From a virus (taxonomy: Duplodnaviria; Caudoviricetes), in IMG/VR virus record IMGVR_UViG_3300023119_000004: 64,000 nucleotides of DNA, one strand, 5' to 3'. Shown one piece after another: positions 27,901 to 40,400 of this stretch (positions within the stretch are counted from its first letter, which is position 1; every line of letters begins with the position of its first letter). The notes below the pieces were generated by a model. That model had not been told where the DNA came from and searched no databases. It saw nothing but the letters and a program-made list of their open reading frames with translations. The translations under genes were made by a program, and so were the position numbers.

Positions 27901-28385
27901 AAATTAATAAAATTAAATCAATTAGTGATGATGTAATTTATCATCCAGTTAAGTATAAAGTGTTATTTGGAAGCAAAGCGGATACAGATGTGCAGGCAAT
28001 ATTTAAAATTGTTAAAAACCCAGACGAAGTTGTAAACGACAACGACATTAAAGCACAAGTTGTTGCCGCAATCAATGAATTCTTTGCATTAGAGAATTGG
28101 GACTTTGGTGATACATTCCACTTTGCAGAACTAAGCACTTACATAATGAATAGAGTTACTCCTGACATTGTTAACTTAGTAATTGTTCCTAGACAAGATT
28201 CATCAGCATTTGGTAGTTTATTTGAAATTAAATCAGAAAACGATGAAATTTTTATTAGCGGAGCAACAGTTGACGATGTTGAGATTATTGATGCAATTAC
28301 AGCAAGTAGGCTTAAAGCATCAGGTAGTGTTGTAACATCAGGTACAGCAACAACATCAGGAATTGTAAGTGGAACAAGTTACTAG
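24963..28385 (+). CDS. gp6: baseplate wedge subunit, gp6-like
   Basis: YDFDNLRRTMISYL, LELASRRESILRLARLLSYNPKR and QNRMVTGEDY. Confidence 0.85.
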   Translation: MSSTNRQNRLLVAEDWAKVYQSFRNAEFKSYDFDNLRRTMISYLRENYPEDFNDYIESSEYLALIDLIAFLGQNIAFRIDLNARENFLELASRRESILRLARLLSYNPKRNIAANGLLKMESITTSEDVIDSNGTNLSGQTIIWNDPSNSNWREQFDRTLNAALPNNSPYGKPIKKDNVEGIPTDQYRLNASNTDVPVYTFTKNVDGRNLQFQIVSTDVTDGIISEEAPLPGNSLAFLYRDDGRGPGSTNSGFFAHFRQGTLDQGEFTINRPSTNQTVNIEATNVNNTDLWLYKLNSVGAEDQLWTKVDALEGNNIVYNSTRKDQRNVYAVLTRTGDAVDLIFSDGTFGNLPKGTFRTYYRTSANDEFNIVPADMQSISVTIPYTSKAGNQETLNITFSLKYTVDNSSFSETNASIRDNAPATYYTQNRMVTGEDYQVAPLAVSQEIIKVKTVNRTASGISRYFDLLDATGKYSSTNIFGTDGALYKEDTVNKTSFTFSTRTDVEGTIENVITPILSQTEQINFYLDKFPKVLVADLQATWKQNSSGTNYSTGSLIETADQRYQVGVFTGSGLRFIEAGSLCKFTAPTGYHFKDEKLVVGQANYTGSKTYMWSKVVSVAGDGTVDNEDGTGPIIFNDVVPEGAILIEIRPKFARSLVADVKSQIIDQIFAYKTFGLRYDYSQRQWRVVTENNLDIIGSFSTGKTGDLTNQQLDASWLLLFETDGETYNVEYRGLRYVFESNEEIRFYYDSKNKIYDNTTGQIIKDKIKVLSINTMPDDTSPFNLDYDWQVVKEYRDPEGYIDSKKVEVGFFDTDDDSVVDDPETFIQVVAPTVNPTSKWVFTKKYVTTDNIDDYKYVDNDSENITVVENEGLVGSLSGLADGKTFYIVATDVFKKYNKTSGLLELTTDYRAYVGRDKIKFQYIHSADDDSRIDPSSTNINDTYLLTKQYDTAFRLYLSGVTATKPLPPSSDALFNNYGSEINKIKSISDDVIYHPVKYKVLFGSKADTDVQAIFKIVKNPDEVVNDNDIKAQVVAAINEFFALENWDFGDTFHFAELSTYIMNRVTPDIVNLVIVPRQDSSAFGSLFEIKSENDEIFISGATVDDVEIIDAITASRLKASGSVVTSGTATTSGIVSGTSY

Positions 28386-28402
28386 TAGAGGAATGATTAC
28401 TA

Positions 28403-31400
28403 ATGGCATTTAATGATAATCAGAATGATTCACCATTACCAGTAGGCGCTAATCAAAGTCGCAGAACAAGCGTCGACCATCTTCCGAGATATTTTAGAAC
28501 AGACACTAACAAAAAGTTTCTATCTGCTACACTTGACCAACTTTTAAGTCCGGGCGTTGCAGAAAAGATCTCTGCATACTACGGCCGTAGAATTGCAAAA
28601 GCAAGACAAGCAGATGACAACTATGTTGAAGATGTTTCAACTGCACGTGAAAATTATCAATTTGAACCAGCAACAATAGTTAAAGACGAACTTGATAACG
28701 TAACGTTTTACAAAGATTATAACGACTATAAAAACCAACTAAAAGCATTTGGCGGAACTGTTTCAAATGATGATGTTTTAAATAGACAAGAATATTACTC
28801 TTGGTCGCCAAAGATTAATTGGGATAAGTTTACTAACTTTAGAGAATATTATTGGTTACCAAACGGTCCAATTGGTATCGGTATTGTCGGACAAGCAAAA
28901 GATGTTGAAAGCACGTTTACTGTAACAAGCAAAGATAATGTTGACAATAGATCTTATTTGTTTACTCCAGACGGATTAACATCTAATCCTACATTAAAAT
29001 TATACAGAGGACAAACATATACGTTTGATATTAATGCTCCTGGTATGCCATTGACGTTTAGAACTGCACGTAGTTTAGATGCAGATGTTCTTTATACAGA
29101 CGGTATCGATGACAGCACAGGACAAACAGATGTAGGTACAGTCACCTTTGAAGTTGACATTAATGCACCCGATACGTTATATTATGTTAACGCAAATGAT
29201 ATTAATGCAAGTGGACTAATTAAAATTTACGACATTGTTGATAACAGTTTTATCGATGTTGAAAATGATGTTATTGGCAAAAAGTCTTATAAAATGAATA
29301 ATGGTTATGAACTTTCAAATGGTATGAAAGTTTATTTCCGAGGACAAGTAACCCCTGAAAAATATGCTAAAGGTGAATGGTATGTTGAAGGTGTTGGTGA
29401 TGCTATACGTTTAGTATCAGAACAGCAGTTACAGATCCCCGGAGCATACTCTACAGAAAAACCTGTTTTGTTTGATACAGAGGCATTTGACAGATTACCT
29501 TTTAGTAATGCAAACAGTTATGCTGGAACAAAAGATTATATTCTTATTAACCGTGCAAGTAAAAACTTAAATAGTTGGTCAAGATATAATAGATGGTTCC
29601 ATAGAGATGTAATTGAAACCACAGCAGTAATTAACAATATTGTTCCAGAGATTGATCAAGAAAATCGTGCAAAGCGTCCTATTATTGAATTTGACGCAGA
29701 TCTTAAATTGTTTAACTATGGAACTGAAGCAAAAGCAGATGTTGACTTAATTGATACATTCACACAAGATGTATTTTCAACTATTGAAGGACAACTAGGT
29801 TATAACATTGACGGACAAGATGTAACTGATGGTATGCGTATTTTGTTTAACGCAGACCCAGATTCATTTGTTGCTGGTAGAATTTTTAAAGTTAACTTTA
29901 TTACACACAATAATGTTAGACAAATTAGTTTAATTGAAGAAACTGATGGCAAGCCATTATTAAATGAAACCGTACTTGTTAAGCGTGGCAACGAAAACAA
30001 AGGTTTAATTTACTATTATGATGGAACAACTTGGAAAAAGACACAAGAAAAAACATCAGTAAACCAATCACCGTTGTTTGATTTGTATGATGATAGCGGA
30101 TATGTGTTTAACGACAGTACTGTTTATCCTAGTTCAACATTTGCTGGTAATAAATTATTCAGTTACAAACAAGGTACAGGTACAGTTGATTCTGAATTAG
30201 GTTTTGCTCTATCATATCGAGCATTAGAAAACACTGGTGATATTGTATTTGATTTTAATATTTCAGGTGACGAATTTAATTACCAAGACGGTACAGATAT
30301 CTTAACTGTTAAAACTGATATCGGTTTACTTAGAAAGTATACTACTAGAGAAGAATTTGATTATGTTAATGGCTGGGAAAAGGGTTTTGCTCACAGCCAA
30401 CAACTAGTACAAAGACAATATATTGTTGATACACAAACAAATGATTTTGCTATTGACGTTTACAATCGTAGCGGCGATCTTAATGACTTGTGGTACAGAG
30501 TTTATGTTAATGATGTTAGGAAAACAGATTTAGTAGACTTTAGTATTGTAAGAGTAAATGGAATTGCGTATGTTAACTTTATGAAACCGTTAACAGCCGG
30601 CGATAATCTATTAATTAAAACAAGAAGTGCAACAACAAAAAATTCAAATGGCGTTTATGAATTTCCAATTAATTTAGAACGCAATCCTCAGAATGAAAAT
30701 ATTAAATCGTTTACACTAGGCGAAGTAAATGATCACGTACAGAGTATTACAGAAAATTCAGACAAGTGGTCGGGAACATTTCCAGGTGTAAGTAATTTAC
30801 GAGATCTAGGATCTGTATCAACTTATGGTGACAAATTTGTACAGCATTCGGGTTTAACAAATTTAAGTTTATATCATATTACTAATAAAGATTCAAACAT
30901 TGTTAAGTCAATGCGTTTTGCTAAAAATGAATATGCTAAATTTAAACGGTTATTCTTACGTTCAGCAGAAACACTAGGCTTTGACGGTAATCTTCAAATA
31001 CACTTTGAGAAAGTAATAGCAGACGTTAACAAAAACAAAACTAACGATATGCCGTTCTTCTTTAGTGATATGATTGGCCATGGAACATTTAAATTAACAG
31101 AACATACAGTTAGAGATTCTGATCAAGGCTACTACAGTTTAAGACAGGATTTTAATTTAAGAACACTTTCAGATAAAGCAGTAGGTGTATATGTAAATGA
31201 TGTACAACTGATCGAAGGAGCAGATTATATCTTTGAAGAAGGTTTTGAAAGTTTTGTTAATATTACAAAAGTTTTAACTCCGGGTGATATAATTAAAATT
31301 TACGAGTTTGAAAGCACTAACGGATCATTTATTCCTCCAACACCAACTAAGTTTGGATTGTATCCTAAGTTTATTCCGTCTAAGTATATTGACGATACTT

Positions 31401-34400
31401 ATAGAGAGCCTGTAGAAGTAATTCAAGGACACGACGGCAGTATTTTTAAATGCTATGGTGACTATAGAGATGATTTATTATTAGAATTAGAAACTAGAAT
31501 CTATAATAATATTAAAGTACAATACGATACAAATTTAATTGACATTCATGAATTCCTAGGCGGCGAATTTAGAGATACGGGTATTACAGCAGAGTCGATT
31601 GATAAAGTTATGATTACTGACTTTACTGAATGGCTAACTATTTTAGGAAACCTGGACTACACTGATAATAGTTTTTATGAAAGAACAGATTCATTTACTT
31701 TTAACTACTCAAGAACACTAACACCTAAATTAACTAAAAGTTTAGGCTTCTGGAGATCAATTTACAAGAAAGCATATGATACTGATCGTCCTCATACCCA
31801 TCCATGGGAAATCTTAGGGTTTAGTATTAAACCTACATGGTGGAATGATGTATACGGTCCAGCGCCGTACACTAGTGAAAATAAAATTTTATGGACAGAC
31901 ATTGAAGAAGGCATTATTAGAGAACCTGGCAAGCCATTAGAATATAAATCACAATATGCTCGTCCTGGTGTAACTAATTGGATTCCAGTAGACGATAGCG
32001 GCGCACTTTTGAGTCCTTTAGCAAGTAACTATTCAAAAGAATTTACAGCAACTAATTCTAAGTTTCCATTTACATTTGGTGATATGGCACCAACAGAAAA
32101 TGCTTGGCGTAGAAGTTCAGAATATCCTTTTGCATTACTAACTGCTTGGTTAGTAACTCAACCTAGTAAGATTATGGGGTTAGGTTGGGATAGAAGTAGA
32201 ATTATTCGTAACAATGCAGGATTAATTGTTTATAAAGATACTTTAAAAGCATTGCGTTTACAAGACATTGTATTTCCTAACACAGTAGAAGATACAACAC
32301 GTACATATACAGCAGGATTTGTAAATTATATTGCTGATTATATGAATTCAAAAACAGTTAATGTTTATTCGCAGTATAAAGAAAACTTAACATCTATATC
32401 AAATCAATTAGGATTTAAAATTGGTGGATTTACTTCAAAGAATAAATTTAGATTAGTACTTGACAGTAGAACACCTTACAACCAAGGTAACGTATTTGTT
32501 CCAGAAGAAAACTATGATGTATTTTTAAATTCAAGTTCACCTGTTGAAGTTGTAAGTTACAGTGGTGTTATTATTGAGAAGAAAACAAATGGATTTGTAA
32601 TTCGTGGATACGATAAAACAGCACCATACTTTAAATATTATACTCCGGTTGTACTAGCAAACGATCCTTTAATTAATGTAGGCGGTATTTCAGAATCATT
32701 TGTTGAATGGACAGCAAATAAAACATACGCACAAGGTGCTATTGTTAGATTTGGATCTGAGTTTTATGCAACTAAAGAATCACATCAAAGTACAGACGGA
32801 TTTGATCAAAGCAAGTTTCAAAAGTTAGTAGACCTTCCTGTTAAAGGCGGACGTTCTGCATACTTTAGACGTAACTTTAATAAAGAAATTAATAGCGAGC
32901 CGTTAGAACTTGCGTATGGTACTACCTTGAGAACAGTTCAAGAGGTTGTTGATTTCTTATTAGGATACGGAAATTATTTAGAAACAGTTGGATTTGATTT
33001 TAATAATTTTAATGCAGACATTAATCTTGTTGAAAACTGGTCAACAAGTGCAAGAGAATTTATGTTCTGGACAACACAAGGTTGGAAAGAAAATAGTGTT
33101 ATTACGTTATCGCCTGGAGCAAATAGATTAGAACTAAGTTCGAAATATATTATAGCAGACAATGTGTTTGATGATTTCTATGATTATTCAATATTAAAAT
33201 CTGATGGTAAAAAACTATTACAAGAATATGTAAAAGTATTTAGAGATAGAGATAATAACTTTACAGTACAAGTTAGAAATACTGCTGATGGTATATTTGC
33301 AATTAAAATTCCTTTATTGCAAAAAGAACACGTTTGTATTATTGACAACGAAACAGTTTTCAAAGACATTGTGTATGACCAGCCAGCAGGATACAGACAA
33401 GAACGCATTAAGGTTTTAGGGTATAGAACAGATGACTGGACAGGTGGCTTAAACATTCCAGGATTTGTGTACGACGAAGCAAGAACAACACAATGGGCTT
33501 CTTGGCAAGATTATTCAATCGGCGATACTGTAAAATATAAAGAATTTTATTATGTTGCTAAAAATAAAATTCCTGGAACAAACGTTTTTAATAATGATGA
33601 CTGGCAAAAACTAGAAGAAAGACCAGAGTCTGGACTTATTGCTAACTTAGATTATAAAGCAAAACAGTTTGGCGATTTTTACGATCTAGATACAGACAAC
33701 TTCGACTCAGATACCCAACGGGTTGCACAACACTTAATTGGTTATCAAAAACGACAGTATCTAGAAAACATCATTCAAGATGATGTATCTCAGTATAAGT
33801 TTTATCAAGGATTTATTCAAGATAAAGGAACACAAAATAGTTTAACAAAATTATTTGATGCATTATCAAATACAAACGAAGATAGTTTAGAGTTTTTTGA
33901 AGAATGGGCAATTCGTTTAGGACAATACGGCTCAAGTGATTCATTTGAAGAAGTTGAATTTACTTTAGACGAATCTAAGTTTAGATTAAGTCCACAGCCT
34001 GTTGAACTTGTTGATACTATTGATGGAACAGAAACAGACCTAATTTATAGACAAAGACCGTTTGAAGTTTACTTAAAACCAAATGATTATAATCATAAAC
34101 CGTTTCCAACAAATACTAATGTAAAATATGTTTATGATACAGCAGGATACGTTAATGCTGATGATGTTAAAATTAGTTTAGCAAATTATGATGATATTTT
34201 AACACAGTCGGTTAACGATTATAATGTTGACGATTATTTATGGATTGGTAAAAAAGGTTTAAGTTGGACAGTTTTAAAATACGTTAGAACAGACGACAGG
34301 GTTGAAAGTGTTACCAAAGATGGTGACTTAGTACGTATTAAACTAGAAGGCCAAGCACGTTATGAAGATAATGAAATTATCGGATTGCTTAATGTTGAAG

Positions 34401-37400
34401 GCGCAGAAAAATTCTTCAAAGTTAAAACAGTAGAGTTACAAGACATTATTTGTTACGATAATGGCGAAACATCTGATGTTGAAGAAACTAGTGGATTTGT
34501 AACTAGATTTAATACTGCAAGAACAGCCAACTTTGATAGTGCTAATCTTTTACTATCAAATCAAAATTTAAAAGTAGGTGAAACACTTTGGATTGATGAA
34601 GATAGCAAAGGAGATTGGACAGTATTAAAGAATACTCCAACCTTTGAACAACAACAAATTCTAAGTAATGTTAGATCGTCAGATCAATCAGTTGAGTTTG
34701 GTAAAGTTATCAGTGTTGACGAACGTAATAATACACTTGTAATTTCATCACCTGAAAACGAAAGTGTACATATCTTTAAACGTTTTACAGATACAGTTGA
34801 GTATAATCATATACAAACTATTAGTCCACCAGTTGGGTTATATTCAGGTAATGGTAAATTTGGTAAGAGCGTTACAATTAGTTCGGATTCAGAATTTATT
34901 GTAGTTGGTGCTCCTGAAGCCTCTAATGTTAAAACAAAATTTGTTGAACCATATTCACAAGGATCGGTTTACGAACCTAAAGATATAGTTTCTTATCAAG
35001 AGCAACTATGGCAAGCAAACTACAGAGTTGAAGCCGCACTAGGAACTTATCAATTTGGTGGATTCTATACAACACATGATATTGAAGTAGCATCATTTGA
35101 TGCTGATACAAATAGTTATCCTGAAACAATTTATGCTATCAGAGGTAATTATAAATTTGATGGCGCAACTGATCATATGTTAATTAGAGCACCGGTTGCT
35201 CAGTACATTGGTTCGGCAGTCGGTGACACAATTAATTTACAATGGAATCAATACTCTCAAAATTATCCAAACGGCATTTTACCATTTGGACCAACTGGAC
35301 CGGGCGTTGCAGAGTTCGAAGGTAATAAAGTTATCGCAGGTAAGATTGATACACTTTTATTTGTTGAAAACTTAATTAGGTTCCCACAAGTAGGTGATGT
35401 TATTTCAACAGAAACTGCTATTGGTACAGTACAAGATATTATCATTGACAATGTTAACCAAGGTTTAATTTATATCTCCGACCAGAACGGTCAGTTTGAA
35501 ACAACCGGTACACTTATCTATAACGGTCAGAGTATGGGTACATATGAAACTGTTGAGTTTGAAAATTCAAGTGATCATTTTGCAGGCTGGTGGAGAGTTA
35601 ATAATCTAACACCGTTTATTACAGCAACTAAAGAAGTTACTACTCCTAACTTTGTTATTGCAGACTATATTACAGCAAGTGAAAGTAAATCACCAGAGTT
35701 GTATGGTAATACCATGGACGATGTATATCAAGTTAATCAAGATTTACAAAATCCGACCAGAGGCGGTAAGATTGGTATTTTAAGTTACTATGATAAACAA
35801 GGATTGCCAGAAACTTCACCATATTGGTTTGTTAGAGCACCTAAAATAATTACAGATACTTTAAACACTAGTGATACGTTTACTATGAAAGTAAACAGAG
35901 TTAAAGGTGGCGATCCGTTAACAGTATTTGATCCCTCTGCGTTAGGGTTAACTTTTGATTATCTTGACCAACCTCACACAGTTTATGATCTATGGGACGG
36001 ATATATTGATGTAACGTGGACAAACTTTACACCACCTCCTATTCAAGTACCATATGTTCCGCAAGAAGGCGAAACAGTAATTGAAGAATCAACAGGCGCA
36101 ACAGCAGAAGTTGCATTTGTGCAAGAAGCATTACTTGGTGCAAGAATTTATGTTAAGAATTTATCAGGAACATTTAGTTACGGTAATAACAATAATGCTG
36201 TTGGATATCTTTCAATTGTAACAGGGCAAGGATTTAATAGATTATCTGGACGTATTGATACTACAGATTTAACTACAAATTATTTAGGAAAATATATTGT
36301 TGTAAGAAACAATGATAGTACGTTACTTCCTGTAACTACTCCAACATTTAAAAATGAAATTGAAATACAATTTTATAAGAGTAGATCAGTAACAGGCGTA
36401 CCAAGACCAGCAAACATTCCTAATCCGTTAAACAGAGATTGGACCCAAGTTAATAACTTAAAACTAGATGCTGATGGTAATGATAGTGGATACACCAAAG
36501 AAGGTGCTTACTTTGTTTATACCAAAACCGGTGGCGGCGAATACAAACTTAGATTTGGATATTCAAACCTTGGAAGACACGACAATGCATTCTTAGGAAA
36601 TCAAATATCAATTAACAAAAAAGGTGATTTGTATAGATTATTTGTTGCGGCACCAGGTGACGGAACTCCGTCAAACCCAGGTAGAATTCACTTTGTTAAA
36701 AAAGGTGTAGAAGACAATATAACTTACGACTGGGATATTGCACAAGACAGAAAATACAAAGGTGTGTTTGATAATACAGTTGCTTACTACACAGATGATA
36801 TTGTTGTGTATGATGGAAGTTTTTACAAGAGTACTACAAACCAAGTTGCAGGTAATTTCTTAATTGCTAACTGGGATCTATTAGATACACACATTGATTA
36901 TTTAGGCTATGTTCCAAACGACACAGCAACAAATGTTACAGGTGACGGGTCGTTTAACACTTTTGATAGCACAAGCACACTTATTAATTTTGCACATCCG
37001 TTTACTGTAAGTTTAGATGGAGATGTAATTGCTACGGTTGCAGACTATACAGATCAATTCCCTGCAATTGGAATTTATAGATATAATAACGGACACTATG
37101 AATACTATCAGACTATTGCAACACCTGATGCAGTTATTAGTACTTTCTTTGATAATCAAGAAACAGAATTTGATACTGGCGATACACAATTCCAAATTTC
37201 ATCACCAGATAGTAAATTTGCAAGTGCTTTAACACTAAGCGATGATGGTGAATACCTAGCAGTTGGTGCACCACTAGATGATGATAGAAGCAACGACAAT
37301 GGTAAAGTGTATGTTTACAAAAACGTTGAAAATTACTATCACTTACATCAAACAATTTATAGTCCAAACAATACTGTTGCAGAAAGATTTGGTCAAGCAA

Positions 37401-40400
37401 TTGACTTTACTGGAGATACTTTATTAGTATCTGCACAAGGTGGTGATTTACAAAGTACTACAACATTTGATGATATTACCACAACATTTGATAACAACCT
37501 AACACAGTTTACAAATATTAACAAAGACAGTGGACAAGTATTTGTATATCAACGTATCGATGAATTCTTATTGTATGCAGAAAAATTTGCATATCAGAAT
37601 CCAGAAGTAGAAAGATTTGGCGAGTTTATTCTTGCAAATGAAAATCATGTTTACGTTTCTATGCCAGAACTTTCAGTAACTGACGATAATCTAATTGGAA
37701 CAGTTATTGACTTTAAACGTAACCGCGACAGACTTCCTTGGACTATTGCTACACAGCCTAGTTTACAAGTTGACTTAAACAAATTTAAAGGTGTGTTCAT
37801 TTACACCAAAGACGGAAGCGGCATTTCAACCAAACTAGATTACATTGATCCTATCCAAGGAAAAATTGCTGGTCCTGCAGAAGAAGAACTAGCATTTAAA
37901 ACACCATTTGATCCGGCAACTTACACTTATGCAACTAATGGTAAAACTGTAGATACAGAAAATTACTGGGCAGAAGAAAAAGTAGGACGACTATGGTGGG
38001 ATATTAGCAAAGCAAAATGGATTGATCCATATCAAGGTAATATCATTTATAATTCAGCAAACTTTAATAAACTGTTTGTAGGATCAAGCATTGATGTTTA
38101 CGAATGGGTTGAAACAGATATTACACCTGAAAGATGGGACACACTTGCTGATACCGAAGTAGGCTTAGGCAGAGGCATTAGTGGTACGACAGCATACGGA
38201 ATGGAAGCGTATGTAACTAAACGCCTATATGATGATGTATCTAAATCATTCTACAACAAATATTATTACTGGGTTAAGAATAAAAAAGTTATTCCTGATT
38301 TAGAATTTAGAAAAACTAGTGCTTATGACGTTGCACAGTTAATTGAAGATCCAGCGGCGCTATCATATAAGTTTGTTGCAATTTACGGAAACAATAAATT
38401 TGGACTTTATAATTGTAAGAGTTTAGTTGAAGGTACTAATCGTGCTATTAATTTCCGTTATTGGACGATTGAAAACCAAGATATTAATTTACATAACGAA
38501 TATCAGTTAATTTCAGAAGGACTTAAAACAAGCAAACCTAATGCAGATATTGAACGCAAATGGGTTGACAGTTTAATTGGTACTGACGAAATGAACAGAC
38601 CGGTGCCTGATCCTCAATTGTCATTTAAACAAAAATACGGTGTATTAAACAGACCAAGACAGAGTATGTTTAAAAACAATAAAGAGGCTCTTAAACAAGT
38701 TATTGAAAGAATTAACAGAGTACTAGCAACACAACTTATTGTTGACGAGTTAGACTTTACACGTTTATTAGATAAAGATCAATTCCCTAGATTAGAAAGC
38801 GGTAAGTTTGACGTAGAGGTTGACACTGACAGTGAATTACAGTTTGTAGGTATTTCTAAATCTAAACCTGCTAAACTAACACCAGTATTTGAAAATGGAA
38901 AATTAGTTGATGTTATTATTAACGATCCGGGTGCTGGATATAAAACAATACCAACATATAACTTTGAACAGTTTGGAGATGGTAACGGTGCAAGAATAAC
39001 AATTGAATTAGATGCTAACGGAAGTATTTCTTCAGTAGCAGTTAGAAGTGCCGGTAAAGAATATTCTAGTTCAACTAATCTTTCAGTTAGACCATTTGCA
39101 GTTCTAGTTAAAGCGGATAGTACAGTTAATAACAAGTGGTCAATTTTTGATTATAATAATATTACCCAAGAGTGGGAAAGATCATCAACACAATCATACG
39201 ATGTATCTGAATGGTGGGATTATATTGATTGGTATGCTACTGGCTATAACCAATTTACACCTATAACATTTAATATTGACGAGTCTTATCAATTAACTAG
39301 TTTAGATACTGCTGTAGGCGATATTGTAAAAATTAATAACGTTGGTACAGGCGGTTGGTTACTGCTAGAAAAAACATCCGATACAGCAAGTGTTGATTAT
39401 ACTACAAATTATACTACAGTTGGTAGACAGGACGGAACTATTAAGTTTAGATCTTCACTTTACGATCCTGCAACAAGTAATGTTGGTTTTGACGGATTAA
39501 GTTATGACACTCAATTCTATGACAATCAACCAACACTTGAATTAAGAATTATTTTTGAAGCAGTTAAAGAAGATTTATTTGTAGGAACGATTGAAGCAGA
39601 ATATAACAAACTATTCTTAGCAAGTGTTAGATATGCATTTAGTGAGCAACTATTTGTTGACTGGGCATTTAAAACTTCGTTTATCAAAGCAAAACATAAT
39701 GCTGGCGATTTACAACAAAAAATTACATTCCAAAATGATAGTTTGCCTAGTTATGAAGACTTTGTTAAAGAAACTAAACCTTACAAAACTAAAATTAGAG
39801 AATATCTAAGTAACTACACTAAAACCGATGATTCAAACAGTACTGTTACTGATTTTGATGTACCGCCGACATATAGTGATATTACAGGACGTATTGAACC
39901 AACATCACTAAAAGTTAATAATGATCTAATTTTAGGAACAGATTTAACAACTACATATTATCCTAATAAACATTATATTGACAATGTAGGCTTTGAAGTA
40001 ACAAAAGTAAATGTTACAAATAAAGGTAAAGCATACACTGAAATTCCACAAGTAAGATTTATTGGCGGTGGCGGCACAGGTGCAACTGCTGAAGCAAAAC
40101 TAGGAACAGGCGGCGGCGTTGTAAGTATTGAAGTTACAAATCCAGGTAAAGGATATATTTCAGCACCATTGGTTGAGATCGACGGTAGTTTAAATGTTGA
40201 CTCGGGGATCCAAGCAACAGCATCTAGTGTTATTGGTAATAGTAAAATACGAAGTGTACACTTAAGAACTAAATTTGATAGAGTATCTGGAACATTCTTA
40301 GTTACTACACTAAATGAGAGTGAAACTTTTGCAGGTAACAACAGTTTAACAGATTTTGATCTTAAGTTTCCAATGAACTTATTATCAACACAATACAGTA